Shown here one piece after another: positions 19,131-29,506 of a stretch of DNA of 64,000 nucleotides. The notes beneath the pieces are model-generated. The model searched no databases and had not been told where the DNA came from. It worked only from the letters and a program-made list of their open reading frames with translations. The stretch is taken from contig CAZSXY010000002.1 in the NCBI GenBank assembly GCA_964611395.1, positions 1,682-65,681 of the forward strand. The letters are read 5' to 3'. Made by a program: the position numbers and the translations under genes. The DNA comes from an uncultured Anaerolineaceae bacterium (GTDB taxonomy: Bacteria; Chloroflexota; Anaerolineae; Aggregatilineales; Aggregatilineaceae). The stretch's first letter is position 1. Every line of letters starts with the position of its first letter.

Positions 19131-20039
19131 TCACTCGCGGCACCAGTGAGTGAGGTCGCGCCCCACTAGCTCGCTAAGTCTCTGCACTTCTGGCAAGAAC
19201 TCCGCCTGGAGACGCCTGCGTAGGTCGGGGTCAATCGGCGAACGAGGAAGCGATGTGGCATTGAACCGCCGGATCATCGCGTTGATGGGGAGCGCAATTG
19301 CCGGGAATCGAGACCCCCACTTTATGAGCAGTGGGTTCCTCAAAAAGGAACGGATGAACGTACTGCGCACTTGCTGCGATGAATGGATAACCCGGAAGTT
19401 GGCTTGAAAATCAGGCTCCACCTCTAGAAATTCCAAAGTCCGGCGATAGACCCCTGCCGTATCTGTTTTGAAGTCATCAAAGATGATGACATGCACCTGC
19501 TCTTTCCCGAATGTGGAAAAGTAGCGTTCGACTTGTTCAGAATACTTTACAATGTCACGGTAATATAATGCCTCGACCATAACATACAGAGATTCCGGTA
19601 TCCGCTTTCCTGCTTTGCGATCGGCCTCTGCAGCTAAGGCTTCCTCAAAAGAGGGTATATCCTCATATCCGGTCGCATAACGATAATGATGGTAGAGGGA
19701 ATACAGCATATCAACCGGCGAGCGCAACATGATGATGATTCTGGCATCAGGATCGAACTCATGTATTTCTTGTGCTGCGCGACGAGAATACAGGTAAAAG
19801 ATCGATGCTTCCCCGATGCGCTTTTCGCTATGAGATGGCGCAAAGAGTCTCAAATAACCTTGCAGATCACCCCGGTAGCGCTCAAAACGTCGACCGTTCA
19901 AATCCGAACCGAAAAAGTGAGGCTCTTTATCATAAACAGGCATAAAAATTTGGGGGTGCTCACGAAGGTATTCGTACATCGCTGTCGTCCCGCAGCGCGG
20001 CGCTCCCACAATGAAAAAGTTTGGTTGCTTGACCGTCAT
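19131..20039 (-). CDS. PAPS-dependent sulfotransferase-family protein
   Basis: 5'-PSB-like motif FFIVGAPRCGTTAMYEYL and 3'-PB-like motif IIIMLRSPVDMLYS. The gene is AT-richer than its neighbours. Confidence 0.75.
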   Translation of the reverse strand: MTVKQPNFFIVGAPRCGTTAMYEYLREHPQIFMPVYDKEPHFFGSDLNGRRFERYRGDLQGYLRLFAPSHSEKRIGEASIFYLYSRRAAQEIHEFDPDARIIIMLRSPVDMLYSLYHHYRYATGYEDIPSFEEALAAEADRKAGKRIPESLYVMVEALYYRDIVKYSEQVERYFSTFGKEQVHVIIFDDFKTDTAGVYRRTLEFLEVEPDFQANFRVIHSSQQVRSTFIRSFLRNPLLIKWGSRFPAIALPINAMIRRFNATSLPRSPIDPDLRRRLQAEFLPEVQRLSELVGRDLTHWCRE

Positions 20040-20089
20040 CGTCTCAATCCCTCATTCGAAGCCCCACTCATCAGCTCACGTAGGCGTGC

Positions 20090-21295
20090 CTAAGCATCTG
20101 CCACAACCGCTGCAAACAGATCAAGGGCCTGCTGGGCAATGGCCCGCCACGAAAACGGCCCACCCACCAGCGCATAGCCATTGGCAATCAGGCGATCACG
20201 CAGGGCCGGATCATCCATCAACCGCTCAATGGCATCAGCCAGCGCATCAGCCCGCCCCGGTTCAACGAGCAGGCCGGTTTCCTCATGCGTCACAATATCG
20301 ACGATGCCGCCAATATGAGAGGCGACAACCGGCGTGCCATTGGCCATCCCCTCCAGGGAGGGAATCCCCAACCCTTCCGTGTCGCCGGTTTTGTCGGCAA
20401 TAGACGGCATCGCCAGCACGTCAGCCGCCCGCAGATAATACCGCAACTGGGCATCCGGAATGAAACCCAGCAACCGCGCATGTCCAGTCAGGCCCTGCGC
20501 ATCGATACGTTCCTGAAGCTCACCGGCCTGCGGGCCTTTCCCTGCCAGCAACAGTTTGACAGGCCGGCCTCTCTCGACGAGACGAGCAACCGCGTCGATC
20601 AGCACCGCATACCCCTTGCGCTCGACCAGGCGGCCCACGGCAAACACCAGCGTTTCATGCGGCGCGACGCCCTGTTCCGCTCGGAAGCGTGCGCCATCGA
20701 AATCGTCCGGCGCAATTTTTTCGTCATTCACACCGAAAGCAATCACCTGGTGGCGGGGTGTCTGCGCCACCTGTTCAACCTGGTCATACGTGTAACGGCT
20801 GATCGAGAACACCGCCTGACTGTTGCGCACGATAAAGCGATTGATGGGGCGCAACGCGGCAGGAACGTACTCCGCACTATACGCCGTCGTCACCAGCGGC
20901 TTGCCTAGAAGTTTCGATGCCATGACCGCCGGCACACCGGCAAACGACCAGTGCGCATTCAACACGTCGGCATCGCGACCATAGCGCAACGCCGCCAACA
21001 GAAACCCGGCCTCCAATGGCGGGAGTTGCAGGGCGAGCCAGCGGTGACGGCGCACATTGGTAGGAATCCCCGCCCCGTAACACAAACCGTGCATGCGCCT
21101 GGGCCACCAGTAATGAAACCGCCGAATCTCCACGCTGTCCCAGACCTCATAACCCTTTGTATCTTGATGGTGGGGAGCAACAACCGTCACCTGTGCCCCG
21201 GCCTCAACCAGGGCACGCGATAGACCGATCAACCATTGTCCCATGAAATCATCACGGAATCGCGGAAAGGTGGTCGTCAGCAGGCAGATTTTCAT
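20090..21295 (-). CDS. Glycosyltransferase family 4 (GT-B)
   Basis: MKICLLTTTFPRF N-terminus and the E-x7-E region EGLGIPSLEGMANGTPVVAS. Confidence 0.85.
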   Translation of the reverse strand: MKICLLTTTFPRFRDDFMGQWLIGLSRALVEAGAQVTVVAPHHQDTKGYEVWDSVEIRRFHYWWPRRMHGLCYGAGIPTNVRRHRWLALQLPPLEAGFLLAALRYGRDADVLNAHWSFAGVPAVMASKLLGKPLVTTAYSAEYVPAALRPINRFIVRNSQAVFSISRYTYDQVEQVAQTPRHQVIAFGVNDEKIAPDDFDGARFRAEQGVAPHETLVFAVGRLVERKGYAVLIDAVARLVERGRPVKLLLAGKGPQAGELQERIDAQGLTGHARLLGFIPDAQLRYYLRAADVLAMPSIADKTGDTEGLGIPSLEGMANGTPVVASHIGGIVDIVTHEETGLLVEPGRADALADAIERLMDDPALRDRLIANGYALVGGPFSWRAIAQQALDLFAAVVADA

Positions 21296-21317
21296 AGGAG
21301 TTTGCTTTCCCCCACAT

Positions 21318-22913
21318 TCACGTCAAATCACTCAAACGACTCGGCGTTCCGTTTCGGCGCGCCTGGAGCACGTTCAGCAAATGAGCGCCCAATTCGCGAT
21401 CCTCGTCATCCAGGAAGCCCCCTTTCCACACCCACAACACTAAGACCCCGCTATAGAAAAGGCCAAACAGCACACCCACCGCCAGCGATGTCCCGCCAAG
21501 CAGCACGCTGATCCATCCCAACAGGCCACCGGCCAGCAAGCCGAACACGATCAGCACAAGATACATGCGGGTAAAGGGCTGGATACCCAGGCGCAACCAC
21601 AAATACCCGGACGTTAACCCATTGCTGAGCATAATCGTCAGCGCCGCGGCAAGCGCCGCGCCATCCAGGCCCGCTGCCGGAATCAAGATGACATTGGCGA
21701 CAACACTGAACAGGGCCATGATCACATTGATGAGCAGGATCAGGCGATTCTTGCCAATCGCGATCAGGAAGACCCGGTTGGGACCAACAACCACGCTTAC
21801 CGCGAACGCCACCAACAACAGTCGAAACGCGGTTGCAGCCATGCCGTAGCCGTTGCCATACAGCGATAGCACCGCCGGAGCGTAAATGACACCGGGAACG
21901 ACCATCGCCAACGTAGGCAAAAACAGCCACCGCGTGACACGCTGGTAGAGCCGTTCCGCCATGGGGATGTTGCCTTCGGCAACCAGCCGTGCCACCAGCG
22001 GCACAAAGATGCCAATGATGGCCAGCAACCCGGTTGAGAGAATGTTGGATAAGTTAAAGCTGGCATTATAAGCCCCCGCATCGATATTACCCAGCCACAG
22101 CGCCACCAGGTAGTTGGATAGTTGGTTACGCAGGCGCTCCAGCACCAGCGCCAACGCGAGCGGCATACCGGCAACGACCAGCAATCTTAGATTCCTGCGG
22201 CTTTGGGCCGATGTCATGAACGCGCCCCGCAATGGCATGATCAGGAAGCGGTATCGAAACACACCGTATCCCGCCACCACCCCAAAAACCAGCGCAAACA
22301 CACCGGCATAGGTCGCCAGATTTCCCCCGGCAAGCGCCAACAGGAGGGCAGCGACCAGCCACACCAGGTATGGCAGCGTGCGCACGAATGCCGCCTGGCG
22401 CATCTTTTCCAGGCCCCGCAGCGTGCCGCTTAACACCTGGATGACGCTCATGGGGATCAGCGCCAGGCCAATGATCCCCATGACCCGCGCCAACCGGGTT
22501 GTGTCAGATTCCCCACCGGCAGCCAGGCCGATGCCCGCCAGGATCAACGCGACAACCAGGCTGAGCAGAATCACCAGCGAAAGCGCGGGCACTACCAGCG
22601 CGGGTAAATTCAATGCCTGCCCGGCCCCGCGTGCCCGCCCGATGATCGGCGAAAGCGTGATCTCACTGCGCAGACTGGTCAAAATCACCACGGCATTCAC
22701 GAGCAGGATGGCCGTCGACCAGACGCCAAAGTCTTCGATGCCGACAGCCCGGCTGACGATCACGCCGGATAAGAACAGCGCACCGGTCCCGAAGACGGTT
22801 TCAAACAGGCCATAAAACAAGCCAACAGCCGCACCTAAGTTGGATGCAAACGCGGCAGAGTGTGCAGAGTTTCCCGAAGATTCGGCCATGTTTCCCCTAT
22901 CAGCAGCCATCAA
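21318..22913 (-). CDS. MOP-superfamily polysaccharide flippase (Wzx-like)
   Basis: ~14 TM helices, ~510-530 aa, adjacent to the GT4. The start may be internal (MAESSG...). Confidence 0.7.
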   Translation of the reverse strand: MMAADRGNMAESSGNSAHSAAFASNLGAAVGLFYGLFETVFGTGALFLSGVIVSRAVGIEDFGVWSTAILLVNAVVILTSLRSEITLSPIIGRARGAGQALNLPALVVPALSLVILLSLVVALILAGIGLAAGGESDTTRLARVMGIIGLALIPMSVIQVLSGTLRGLEKMRQAAFVRTLPYLVWLVAALLLALAGGNLATYAGVFALVFGVVAGYGVFRYRFLIMPLRGAFMTSAQSRRNLRLLVVAGMPLALALVLERLRNQLSNYLVALWLGNIDAGAYNASFNLSNILSTGLLAIIGIFVPLVARLVAEGNIPMAERLYQRVTRWLFLPTLAMVVPGVIYAPAVLSLYGNGYGMAATAFRLLLVAFAVSVVVGPNRVFLIAIGKNRLILLINVIMALFSVVANVILIPAAGLDGAALAAALTIMLSNGLTSGYLWLRLGIQPFTRMYLVLIVFGLLAGGLLGWISVLLGGTSLAVGVLFGLFYSGVLVLWVWKGGFLDDEDRELGAHLLNVLQARRNGTPSRLSDLT

Positions 22914-23039
22914 ACCAGCCCATATTACCGCAAAAACACCGTCTTGTATCTACGCGGCTGGGCCATGCACGAACACACTCGCGGTGCCCCAGCCACGAGT
23001 GTGTGTACGCGCCCTCCTGCTACGAGCAAGATAATCGAA

Positions 23040-24299
23040 TTATTCCGCCGCCTCGTCAATGAAATCTGGCCGGGGGCGGGTCTTGTGCGGGCCGTAAATC
23101 AGTCTGTCGAGTTTGGGCAGCAGGGACTGGTGCGGCCCCTTGATCCGGGCAACGGTTGAAACGGTCTTGTGCAACCAGTTCAACCGCTTGGTCCAGGGAC
23201 ACGCGGCCATGCAAATACCACAATCGGTCCCCACCGCGTGCCAGTAGCGATAACATTTCTCCTCGTCGAGTTTCCACTTCCTGATTCCGTTGTACTCGAC
23301 CTTGTCGCCCGCTGGAATAGCGCCAATGGGACAACTGTCAGCGCACACCTTGCACGTGTCACAAAACGACTGCACGCCAATATCCACCGGCTCATCATGC
23401 TGGAGGGGCATGTCCGTCGTAACAATGGCCAGCCGCAAACCTAACCCGTAATCTTTGTTGAGCAGGTATCCGGCCCGCGATAGCTCGCCCAGCCCGCAGT
23501 CAACGGCTACCGGCACACACAGCACCTGGTAGTTATGGAAATGATGCGCCCGCGCCGAATAGCCCAGCATACGAATGTACTTCGCCAGTTGAACCGACAC
23601 CCAGGCCCCTGTGGCATACCCCTCCGCCGTCGCCAGCAACACCGGAAAATCCGGGGCGTGCTGGATCAAGTCGTAATTCATGGCAAAGCCCAGCGTCACA
23701 GCAGTCGTGTGCTGGCTGAGATCGTTGGGCGTCCCCCAGGGTTGAAACCCATCCTGATCGCCAAAGGAACGCGCGCTGTGACTATACACCCATTCCTGGC
23801 GCAGCGGCCCGATCCCGACCAAGTCAGCGCCGAGCACACGCGCCAGCGCCTTAACCTTGAGCGCAGCGCGTTCGGGTGGGATGATCGTTTTCACCGGGGC
23901 AGGCGGGCCATCCACAAACGCATCAGGGCTGATCTGGTCGAGGGCGTCGAACTGGGCCGCAAACATCGGCTCATCAATGCCACCTGTTCGTCCCAGGCCG
24001 GGCATCTTGCTGATTTTCGTGTCGTAGTCCAGGTGTTCCGGATGCGCCGCATAGTAAGCCTGGTAGTGAGGTGAATCGACGCCAAAGTAGCGAAAGAGAT
24101 CGTTGCGAGAGAAGACGATATCCCGCTCATCCCACTGGCGGATGTCGCCTGTTACGTCCGCACAATACGTTGGTTGCTCGATACGCTCGCCCCATGTGGC
24201 CACCCGGCCCATACCTGCCTTGAGGGCAAACCAGGCGCGCCGAATTCGAGACCGGGAACGACGCGCGGGGGCACGATAGTTATTGACTCCCATCGTCAC
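23040..24299 (-). CDS. Reductive dehalogenase (RdhA)/QueG-family Fe-S protein, apparently cytoplasmic
   Basis: C-terminal double ferredoxin motifs FCDTCKVCADSCPIGAI and DCGICMAACPW. RdhA-like blocks LGADLVGIGP, VDCGLGELSRAGYLL, GLGLRLAIVTTDMPL. Confidence 0.6.
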   Translation of the reverse strand: MTMGVNNYRAPARRSRSRIRRAWFALKAGMGRVATWGERIEQPTYCADVTGDIRQWDERDIVFSRNDLFRYFGVDSPHYQAYYAAHPEHLDYDTKISKMPGLGRTGGIDEPMFAAQFDALDQISPDAFVDGPPAPVKTIIPPERAALKVKALARVLGADLVGIGPLRQEWVYSHSARSFGDQDGFQPWGTPNDLSQHTTAVTLGFAMNYDLIQHAPDFPVLLATAEGYATGAWVSVQLAKYIRMLGYSARAHHFHNYQVLCVPVAVDCGLGELSRAGYLLNKDYGLGLRLAIVTTDMPLQHDEPVDIGVQSFCDTCKVCADSCPIGAIPAGDKVEYNGIRKWKLDEEKCYRYWHAVGTDCGICMAACPWTKRLNWLHKTVSTVARIKGPHQSLLPKLDRLIYGPHKTRPRPDFIDEAAE

Positions 24300-24923
24300 T
24301 CCTCAATTTAACTGAACCAGGTGCCCATCATAGCACATTTCCCCGTGAGCCAGATCGCGTGCAGGGCCATCCCAGGCCACAGATGCACCTTTGCCCGGCA
24401 CGAATCGCGTGCACCAACTGATTTACAACCATTTTATTACTGCTTTCATATAATAGAAACGTCTGAGTGAACGCGTTTGGGCCAAAGCCCTTCTGAGCGC
24501 CACGTTGTCCGCGTGGAAAGTCATGCTCAGTCGGGGCGTGGGAGTGTCGTACTATTGCCCCTGGCACCGGGCATCCTGTATAGTGATATCATGCTGAAAT
24601 TAGCGTTGTTCCTTAATGGTTTCACCACGTTTAGTGGGAACCGGTGGGCCAAGGAACACCCCATCAGCATGAAGCATCCAGCCCATCCTGCGTACTCGCC
24701 GCACCCGCACCATGGCAGACCGCGAGTAGATAGTGGAGAGCGGATTTGACACATCAACCATCCTATACCCCCACGGCCTTCTCCGAAACAGCCTGCGGTT
24801 GGGGAACCGGCGCGGCGCAAGTAAGGCGAGTCAAGCGCTTCCCTTCCAACTAGGCTGAAAACCAAATCACCCTTCTCAATTCGCAGAATGCTATGCCTGC
24901 GCGTCAGGTATAAGTGTCGATAG

Positions 24924-27900
24924 GTGACGTGTATGTATTGGAATAAAGTTTCACTAATCAGGTATGTCGTCGTGTTGAGTATGCTAATAACCCTCTGGGT
25001 CTCCGCGAGCGCCTTACGCGCAGAAGACAGTGGCGAAGCCATCCCGGCAACAAATCGCCTGGCCGGGCAGACGTCCTCCAGCTATTCGTCGCGTGGCTAT
25101 CTCACTACGCCCGCCGAATTGAAGATCATTGCCCAGAAAGCCGCGCAGGGCGTCGAACCCTATAAAAGCACGGTGAGAGGAGTCCTTTCGGACGCGAATC
25201 GCACTTGGAATTACTCCCTCGATGCCAATGAAACGTGCGGCGGGTCCTCCGATCCCGCCTGGATCGTGCACAACGAAGGCATCCGCACACTCTACGCCAA
25301 GGCCCTGGCCTTTCACCTCACGGGCGATGCGCGCTACGCGGAAGAAGTTCGCACCATCCTTGAGGCGATCATGACTCGGGTGATCACCATCACCACAAAG
25401 GATGCCCAGTGCGGGCTGAACTTCGGCTGGGGTACACCGGAGCTTGTCGCGTCCGCCGACTTGATCGAAGACTACTGGCGCACCATGACCTGCACCGGCC
25501 CGCTCAACACAACATACGGCGACTCCAAAATCGGAACGGGCAACTGCAAGCAACTGTTCCAGAACTGGCTGGTGAAAAACCCGTACTACATCGTTTCCTA
25601 TACCGCCGAAAAGAGCCTGAACAACTGGGGCGCAGCAGCGACGACCGCCGTCGCCTATATTGCAGACTATCTATGGGATCGCCCCGATATGCCACTGGTA
25701 CACCGCTACCCGTCCCAGGTTAACGGCGGGAAGAGTGTGACCTTCACACCGGCGCAGGCTTACGCGCACGCCAACCAGCTCGCCATCGACCGGATGAACG
25801 GTTACCGGGTCGACTACCATGGCAGCAGCAGTTGCGATTTTCTGAGCGGGTCGCAGCAAAGCAGCCGGTGGACTCCGGTTAAATCGCAGATCACCGAACG
25901 GGGCATCGTGCCCGATGATGCGCGCCGCGAAGAGTATTGCAACGTCCCAACCTACAACGGCAGCTACCAGAACTACCCGCAAGTGCACCTGGGCAACAAC
26001 ATCCAGCAGTGCGAATTGATGCTCCGGCGCGGCGACCGTTCGTGCTATGACAATATCGACACCACCAAAATCACCGATTTCACCTATATCGATGCGCGTG
26101 GATCCGTGCGCACGACCACGTTGTATCCGGGACGCGGATCCATCGAACGGGCAATCAATGCCGTGATCCGGGACTCCAAGACCGAATGGCGACACGATGC
26201 GGGCCTGGCCGTCGCGTACCGGTACTACGCCAGCTATAGCCGGTTTGGTGGGGTTCAGGATTGGGCATCTCAAATCACCGCGATCAATGACTGTGCCCAG
26301 GATGTCTGCTTTGGCGTCCTGACGCACGGATTCGCGCCTGGCGAAAAAGTGGGGTTGCCGCCTACTGTTCCGCCACCATCGGACGGCAGCGCAAAGGCGC
26401 TACCAACACCTGTGCCGACGCAGACAACCGCCCCGACGCAAACGCAGATGCCAACAGAAGCGCCAACAGCAACCCCCACGACCGGCATGACCAGCACTCC
26501 CACACCGGAGATGACATACACGCCAACGGCCCTGCCGGGCGACGTTCAAATCTTCCTGCCCGTCGAAGATGCGCTGGTCAAATCAGCGCGTCCCGACCGG
26601 AACTATGGCACTGTCAGCTATCTGCGTCTGCGCGACAACGATGACGATTATCACGGCTATCTCAAATTCTACGTTGCCGGGCTGTCCGGGCCGGTGCAAC
26701 GCGCCACGCTGCGCCTGTTCGCTTATAACGGCAGCAAGGACGGCGGATCCGTCTACAGCGTCATGGATACTTACAGAGACAGCGCCGCGCCCTGGTTAGA
26801 GACCGAACTGACCTGGAACAATGCCCCACCGATGGATGGCACGCCGCTGAGCACTGTTGGCCCGGTCGCTGATGGCCAGTGGGTCGAGTTCGATGTAACC
26901 GCCGCCGTTACGGGCAATGGGATCATCTCCCTGGGGTTGTTGAACCGGTCATCGAATAGCGTGTACTACTACGCGAAGGAAGCGGAGGCCAACCAACCGC
27001 AATTGATCATCGAAGTGAGCGACGGCAGTCCAGAGGCCACCGAACCGCCCAACCCACCACTCCCTACCGAGACGCAACTTCCGACCGCGACGGCCACTCA
27101 AACGATAGTGCCGACCGATACACCTACGGCAACATCGACAATGATGCCAACCGACGCGCCCGCAGCAACATCGACGTCGGTGCTGACGCCAACCAGCACT
27201 GCCACGACCATCCCATCCGTGACACCAACATCACTGCCGCCGACGGCAACACCGGCATCACCGTCGCTAAAGACCGATCCACCGGTCAGCAGCACCCGTA
27301 TCGTGCTGCCGCCGAGCGATGACGTGCTGGTGAAGTCCAGCCGGCCTGACTACAACTACAACATTCGCACCTACCTGCGCGTCCGGATGACATCCACCGC
27401 CGATTATGACAGTTACCTCAAGTTCTCAGTGCCTACCCTGGCCGGACCCGTCACGAAGGCGACGGTGCGTCTGTATGCCTACGACGGCAGCCCGGACGGT
27501 GGTACGCTCTACGCTGCCTCAAACGAGTATGCGACCGGGGGCGCGTGGACAGAAACCGGCCTGGTCTGGAACAATGCGCCCGGTCTGGGCAGGCAGGTGC
27601 TGGGTTCAGCCGGCCCGGTTGCTGATGGTCAGTGGGTTGAGTTCGACGTCACTACCGCGATCAGCGGGGGCGGAACCTACAGCTTCGGGTTGACCAGCGC
27701 GTCTTCGAATAGCGTCTTTTACTACAGCAAAGAGGCCACCCAGAATCATCCGGAGTTGGTTCTTGAGATCGAATCCGGCTCACCGCCATCGTCAACTCCT
27801 GCCCCGACAGCCACCGCGCCGTTGCCGCCAACGATGACGCCGGTGGCAACGACGACACTGGTCATGCCCACCTTGCCACCTACCGTGACGGCCACGCTGG

Positions 27901-29276
27901 TCATGCCCACCACCACACCGACTTTGCCGCCTACTGCGACAGCCACGCTGGTCACGCCCTCCGCCACGGCCACCCTACTGCCTACTGCCACAGCCACGCT
28001 GGTCATGCCCACCGCCACACCAACACCCGATCCAGGGCGCTCGCTCACAGTCATCGAATCCGATAGTGCGCAAGTGACCAGAACCGGCCAATGGACGGCG
28101 CATGAAACGTCCTTGGCCAGCGGCGGGCAATACCTGTTCAGCAGCGGCAGCACCGCCGACACGCTCAGCCTGAGCTTCAGTGGCGGCTATGCCGAAGTGA
28201 TCTTTGTGCGCCATCCCGCGCTTGGATCATTTGCGGTGGAAGTAGACGGCGCGGTCATCCAAACCGTCGACAGCACCGCGAGCGACAGCATATTCGGTGA
28301 GCGGGTGGTGCTGAGCCTCAGCCCCACGCAGCACACGCTGCGCATCGTGCCGGTGACAGGCACGGTGGCCATCGATGCCTTCGTCGTCGAAACGCCGGCG
28401 CAACCACCGCTCTCGCCTGAGCCAACGGCGACGCCGGTCGTGTTACCAACGCAGACCATTGCCACCCAGGAGCCAACGGATGCGCCACCTTCGCCGACTG
28501 CCACAGCAACCAGCACGCCTGTAGTGCGCCCCCCAACATGGCCCCTGCCATACGTCGATCACTTCGACACCGCGACGAACTGGCAGGCAGAAGGCTCGTG
28601 GAAGTACGAACCCGAACGCAACAACCGGGGTGGGGAATGGCTGGCCGACAGCCAGATTCGCCAGCAGACAAGCACTCTGACCCTGCTCATGCCGGTCGAT
28701 CTGGGCACAGCAGTACGCCCGCAACTCTCCTTCTGGCACAAGGCCATGCTTGATCAAAGCGACCGGATCGCAGTGGACGCAAGCCGCGATGGTGGGATCA
28801 CCTGGCAGACACTCACCGAGCAGGCCGGGGCCAACTGGGACTGGGCACAACTCACGCTCGACCTGGCGGCCTATCGTGGCGCACCGGTGATGCTCCGCTT
28901 CCGGCTGGTGACGGGCGCTGCCAGCTTTGCGACCGTCAGCACCGGCTACTGGATTGATGACGTGGTTGTGCAAGACACTGTCACCACCCCGCCTACACCA
29001 ACCCAGCCCGCATCAGCAACCCCGCTGCCGACAGTAACGATGGCTCCAACAGAAACGGCTACGCCAACGATGCCACCAACTCCGACGGCAACACCACTGC
29101 CGACACTCACACCATCGTGGACGGCCACGCCACCACCAACGCTTACGCCGACCGGAACGGCCACGCTGCTGCCAAGCGCAACGCCATCCTGGACGCCCAC
29201 CAGCCCGCCGGAGGTCACACTCACCACACCTACGCAACCTCCCGATCAACCAACACCGGGTGCCGGAGAGCCTTAA
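24924..29276 (+). CDS. Giant secreted multidomain protein: lyase-like N-domain, 2 DNRLRE/CBM96-like domains, CBM-like domain, MAM-like beta-sandwich, Pro/Thr linkers
   Basis: Signal-like N-terminus. The N-domain is paralogous to 58488-59939. SARPDRNYG..YLRLR and SSRPDYNYN..YLRVR motifs mark the DNRLRE domains. Long PT-rich linkers. Start at GTG 24924 or ATG 24933. Confidence 0.8.
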   Translation: MTCMYWNKVSLIRYVVVLSMLITLWVSASALRAEDSGEAIPATNRLAGQTSSSYSSRGYLTTPAELKIIAQKAAQGVEPYKSTVRGVLSDANRTWNYSLDANETCGGSSDPAWIVHNEGIRTLYAKALAFHLTGDARYAEEVRTILEAIMTRVITITTKDAQCGLNFGWGTPELVASADLIEDYWRTMTCTGPLNTTYGDSKIGTGNCKQLFQNWLVKNPYYIVSYTAEKSLNNWGAAATTAVAYIADYLWDRPDMPLVHRYPSQVNGGKSVTFTPAQAYAHANQLAIDRMNGYRVDYHGSSSCDFLSGSQQSSRWTPVKSQITERGIVPDDARREEYCNVPTYNGSYQNYPQVHLGNNIQQCELMLRRGDRSCYDNIDTTKITDFTYIDARGSVRTTTLYPGRGSIERAINAVIRDSKTEWRHDAGLAVAYRYYASYSRFGGVQDWASQITAINDCAQDVCFGVLTHGFAPGEKVGLPPTVPPPSDGSAKALPTPVPTQTTAPTQTQMPTEAPTATPTTGMTSTPTPEMTYTPTALPGDVQIFLPVEDALVKSARPDRNYGTVSYLRLRDNDDDYHGYLKFYVAGLSGPVQRATLRLFAYNGSKDGGSVYSVMDTYRDSAAPWLETELTWNNAPPMDGTPLSTVGPVADGQWVEFDVTAAVTGNGIISLGLLNRSSNSVYYYAKEAEANQPQLIIEVSDGSPEATEPPNPPLPTETQLPTATATQTIVPTDTPTATSTMMPTDAPAATSTSVLTPTSTATTIPSVTPTSLPPTATPASPSLKTDPPVSSTRIVLPPSDDVLVKSSRPDYNYNIRTYLRVRMTSTADYDSYLKFSVPTLAGPVTKATVRLYAYDGSPDGGTLYAASNEYATGGAWTETGLVWNNAPGLGRQVLGSAGPVADGQWVEFDVTTAISGGGTYSFGLTSASSNSVFYYSKEATQNHPELVLEIESGSPPSSTPAPTATAPLPPTMTPVATTTLVMPTLPPTVTATLVMPTTTPTLPPTATATLVTPSATATLLPTATATLVMPTATPTPDPGRSLTVIESDSAQVTRTGQWTAHETSLASGGQYLFSSGSTADTLSLSFSGGYAEVIFVRHPALGSFAVEVDGAVIQTVDSTASDSIFGERVVLSLSPTQHTLRIVPVTGTVAIDAFVVETPAQPPLSPEPTATPVVLPTQTIATQEPTDAPPSPTATATSTPVVRPPTWPLPYVDHFDTATNWQAEGSWKYEPERNNRGGEWLADSQIRQQTSTLTLLMPVDLGTAVRPQLSFWHKAMLDQSDRIAVDASRDGGITWQTLTEQAGANWDWAQLTLDLAAYRGAPVMLRFRLVTGAASFATVSTGYWIDDVVVQDTVTTPPTPTQPASATPLPTVTMAPTETATPTMPPTPTATPLPTLTPSWTATPPPTLTPTGTATLLPSATPSWTPTSPPEVTLTTPTQPPDQPTPGAGEP

Positions 29277-29310
29277 TCCCTCCCGTCGGCAACACGGTGC
29301 CCGCCCCGAA

Positions 29311-29363
29311 GAATCCCGCGGCCTCACAACCCTTCTTTATATGAGGCGCGGGATTCTTTTTTT
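29311..29363 (+). terminator. Rho-independent terminator of the 24924-29276 gene
   Basis: GAATCCCGCGGCCTCA / TGAGGCGCGGGATTC form a 15-bp stem with one bulge, followed by TTTTTTT. Confidence 0.8.
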
Positions 29364-29506
29364 CTAACTTCGAAACAAGAATTGACAGCATATTTATGCT
29401 GTTAGACCTTTAATAACCTTATAATAGAGATAGAGAGGTTTATCGATGCTGGCACAACTGTCGTTGGTCATGCACGTCTATTGGCAAAGTAATTTGTGGG
29501 GGAACC

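Noticed and set aside
24210-24299. Twin-arginine export signal on the RdhA-like protein.
   Set aside because: The Arg-rich N-terminus does not match S/T-R-R-x-F-L-K and is not followed by a hydrophobic h-region. It was treated as cytoplasmic, pending a TatP-type prediction.
24527-25042. 171-aa minus-strand ORF and the 79/90-aa ORFs in the 24300-24923 gap.
   Set aside because: 24527-25042 overlaps the start of the giant gene and has no motif or start context. 24328-24567 likewise. Only the 3' part of 24477-24749 (from ATG 24591) is kept, as a low-confidence observation.
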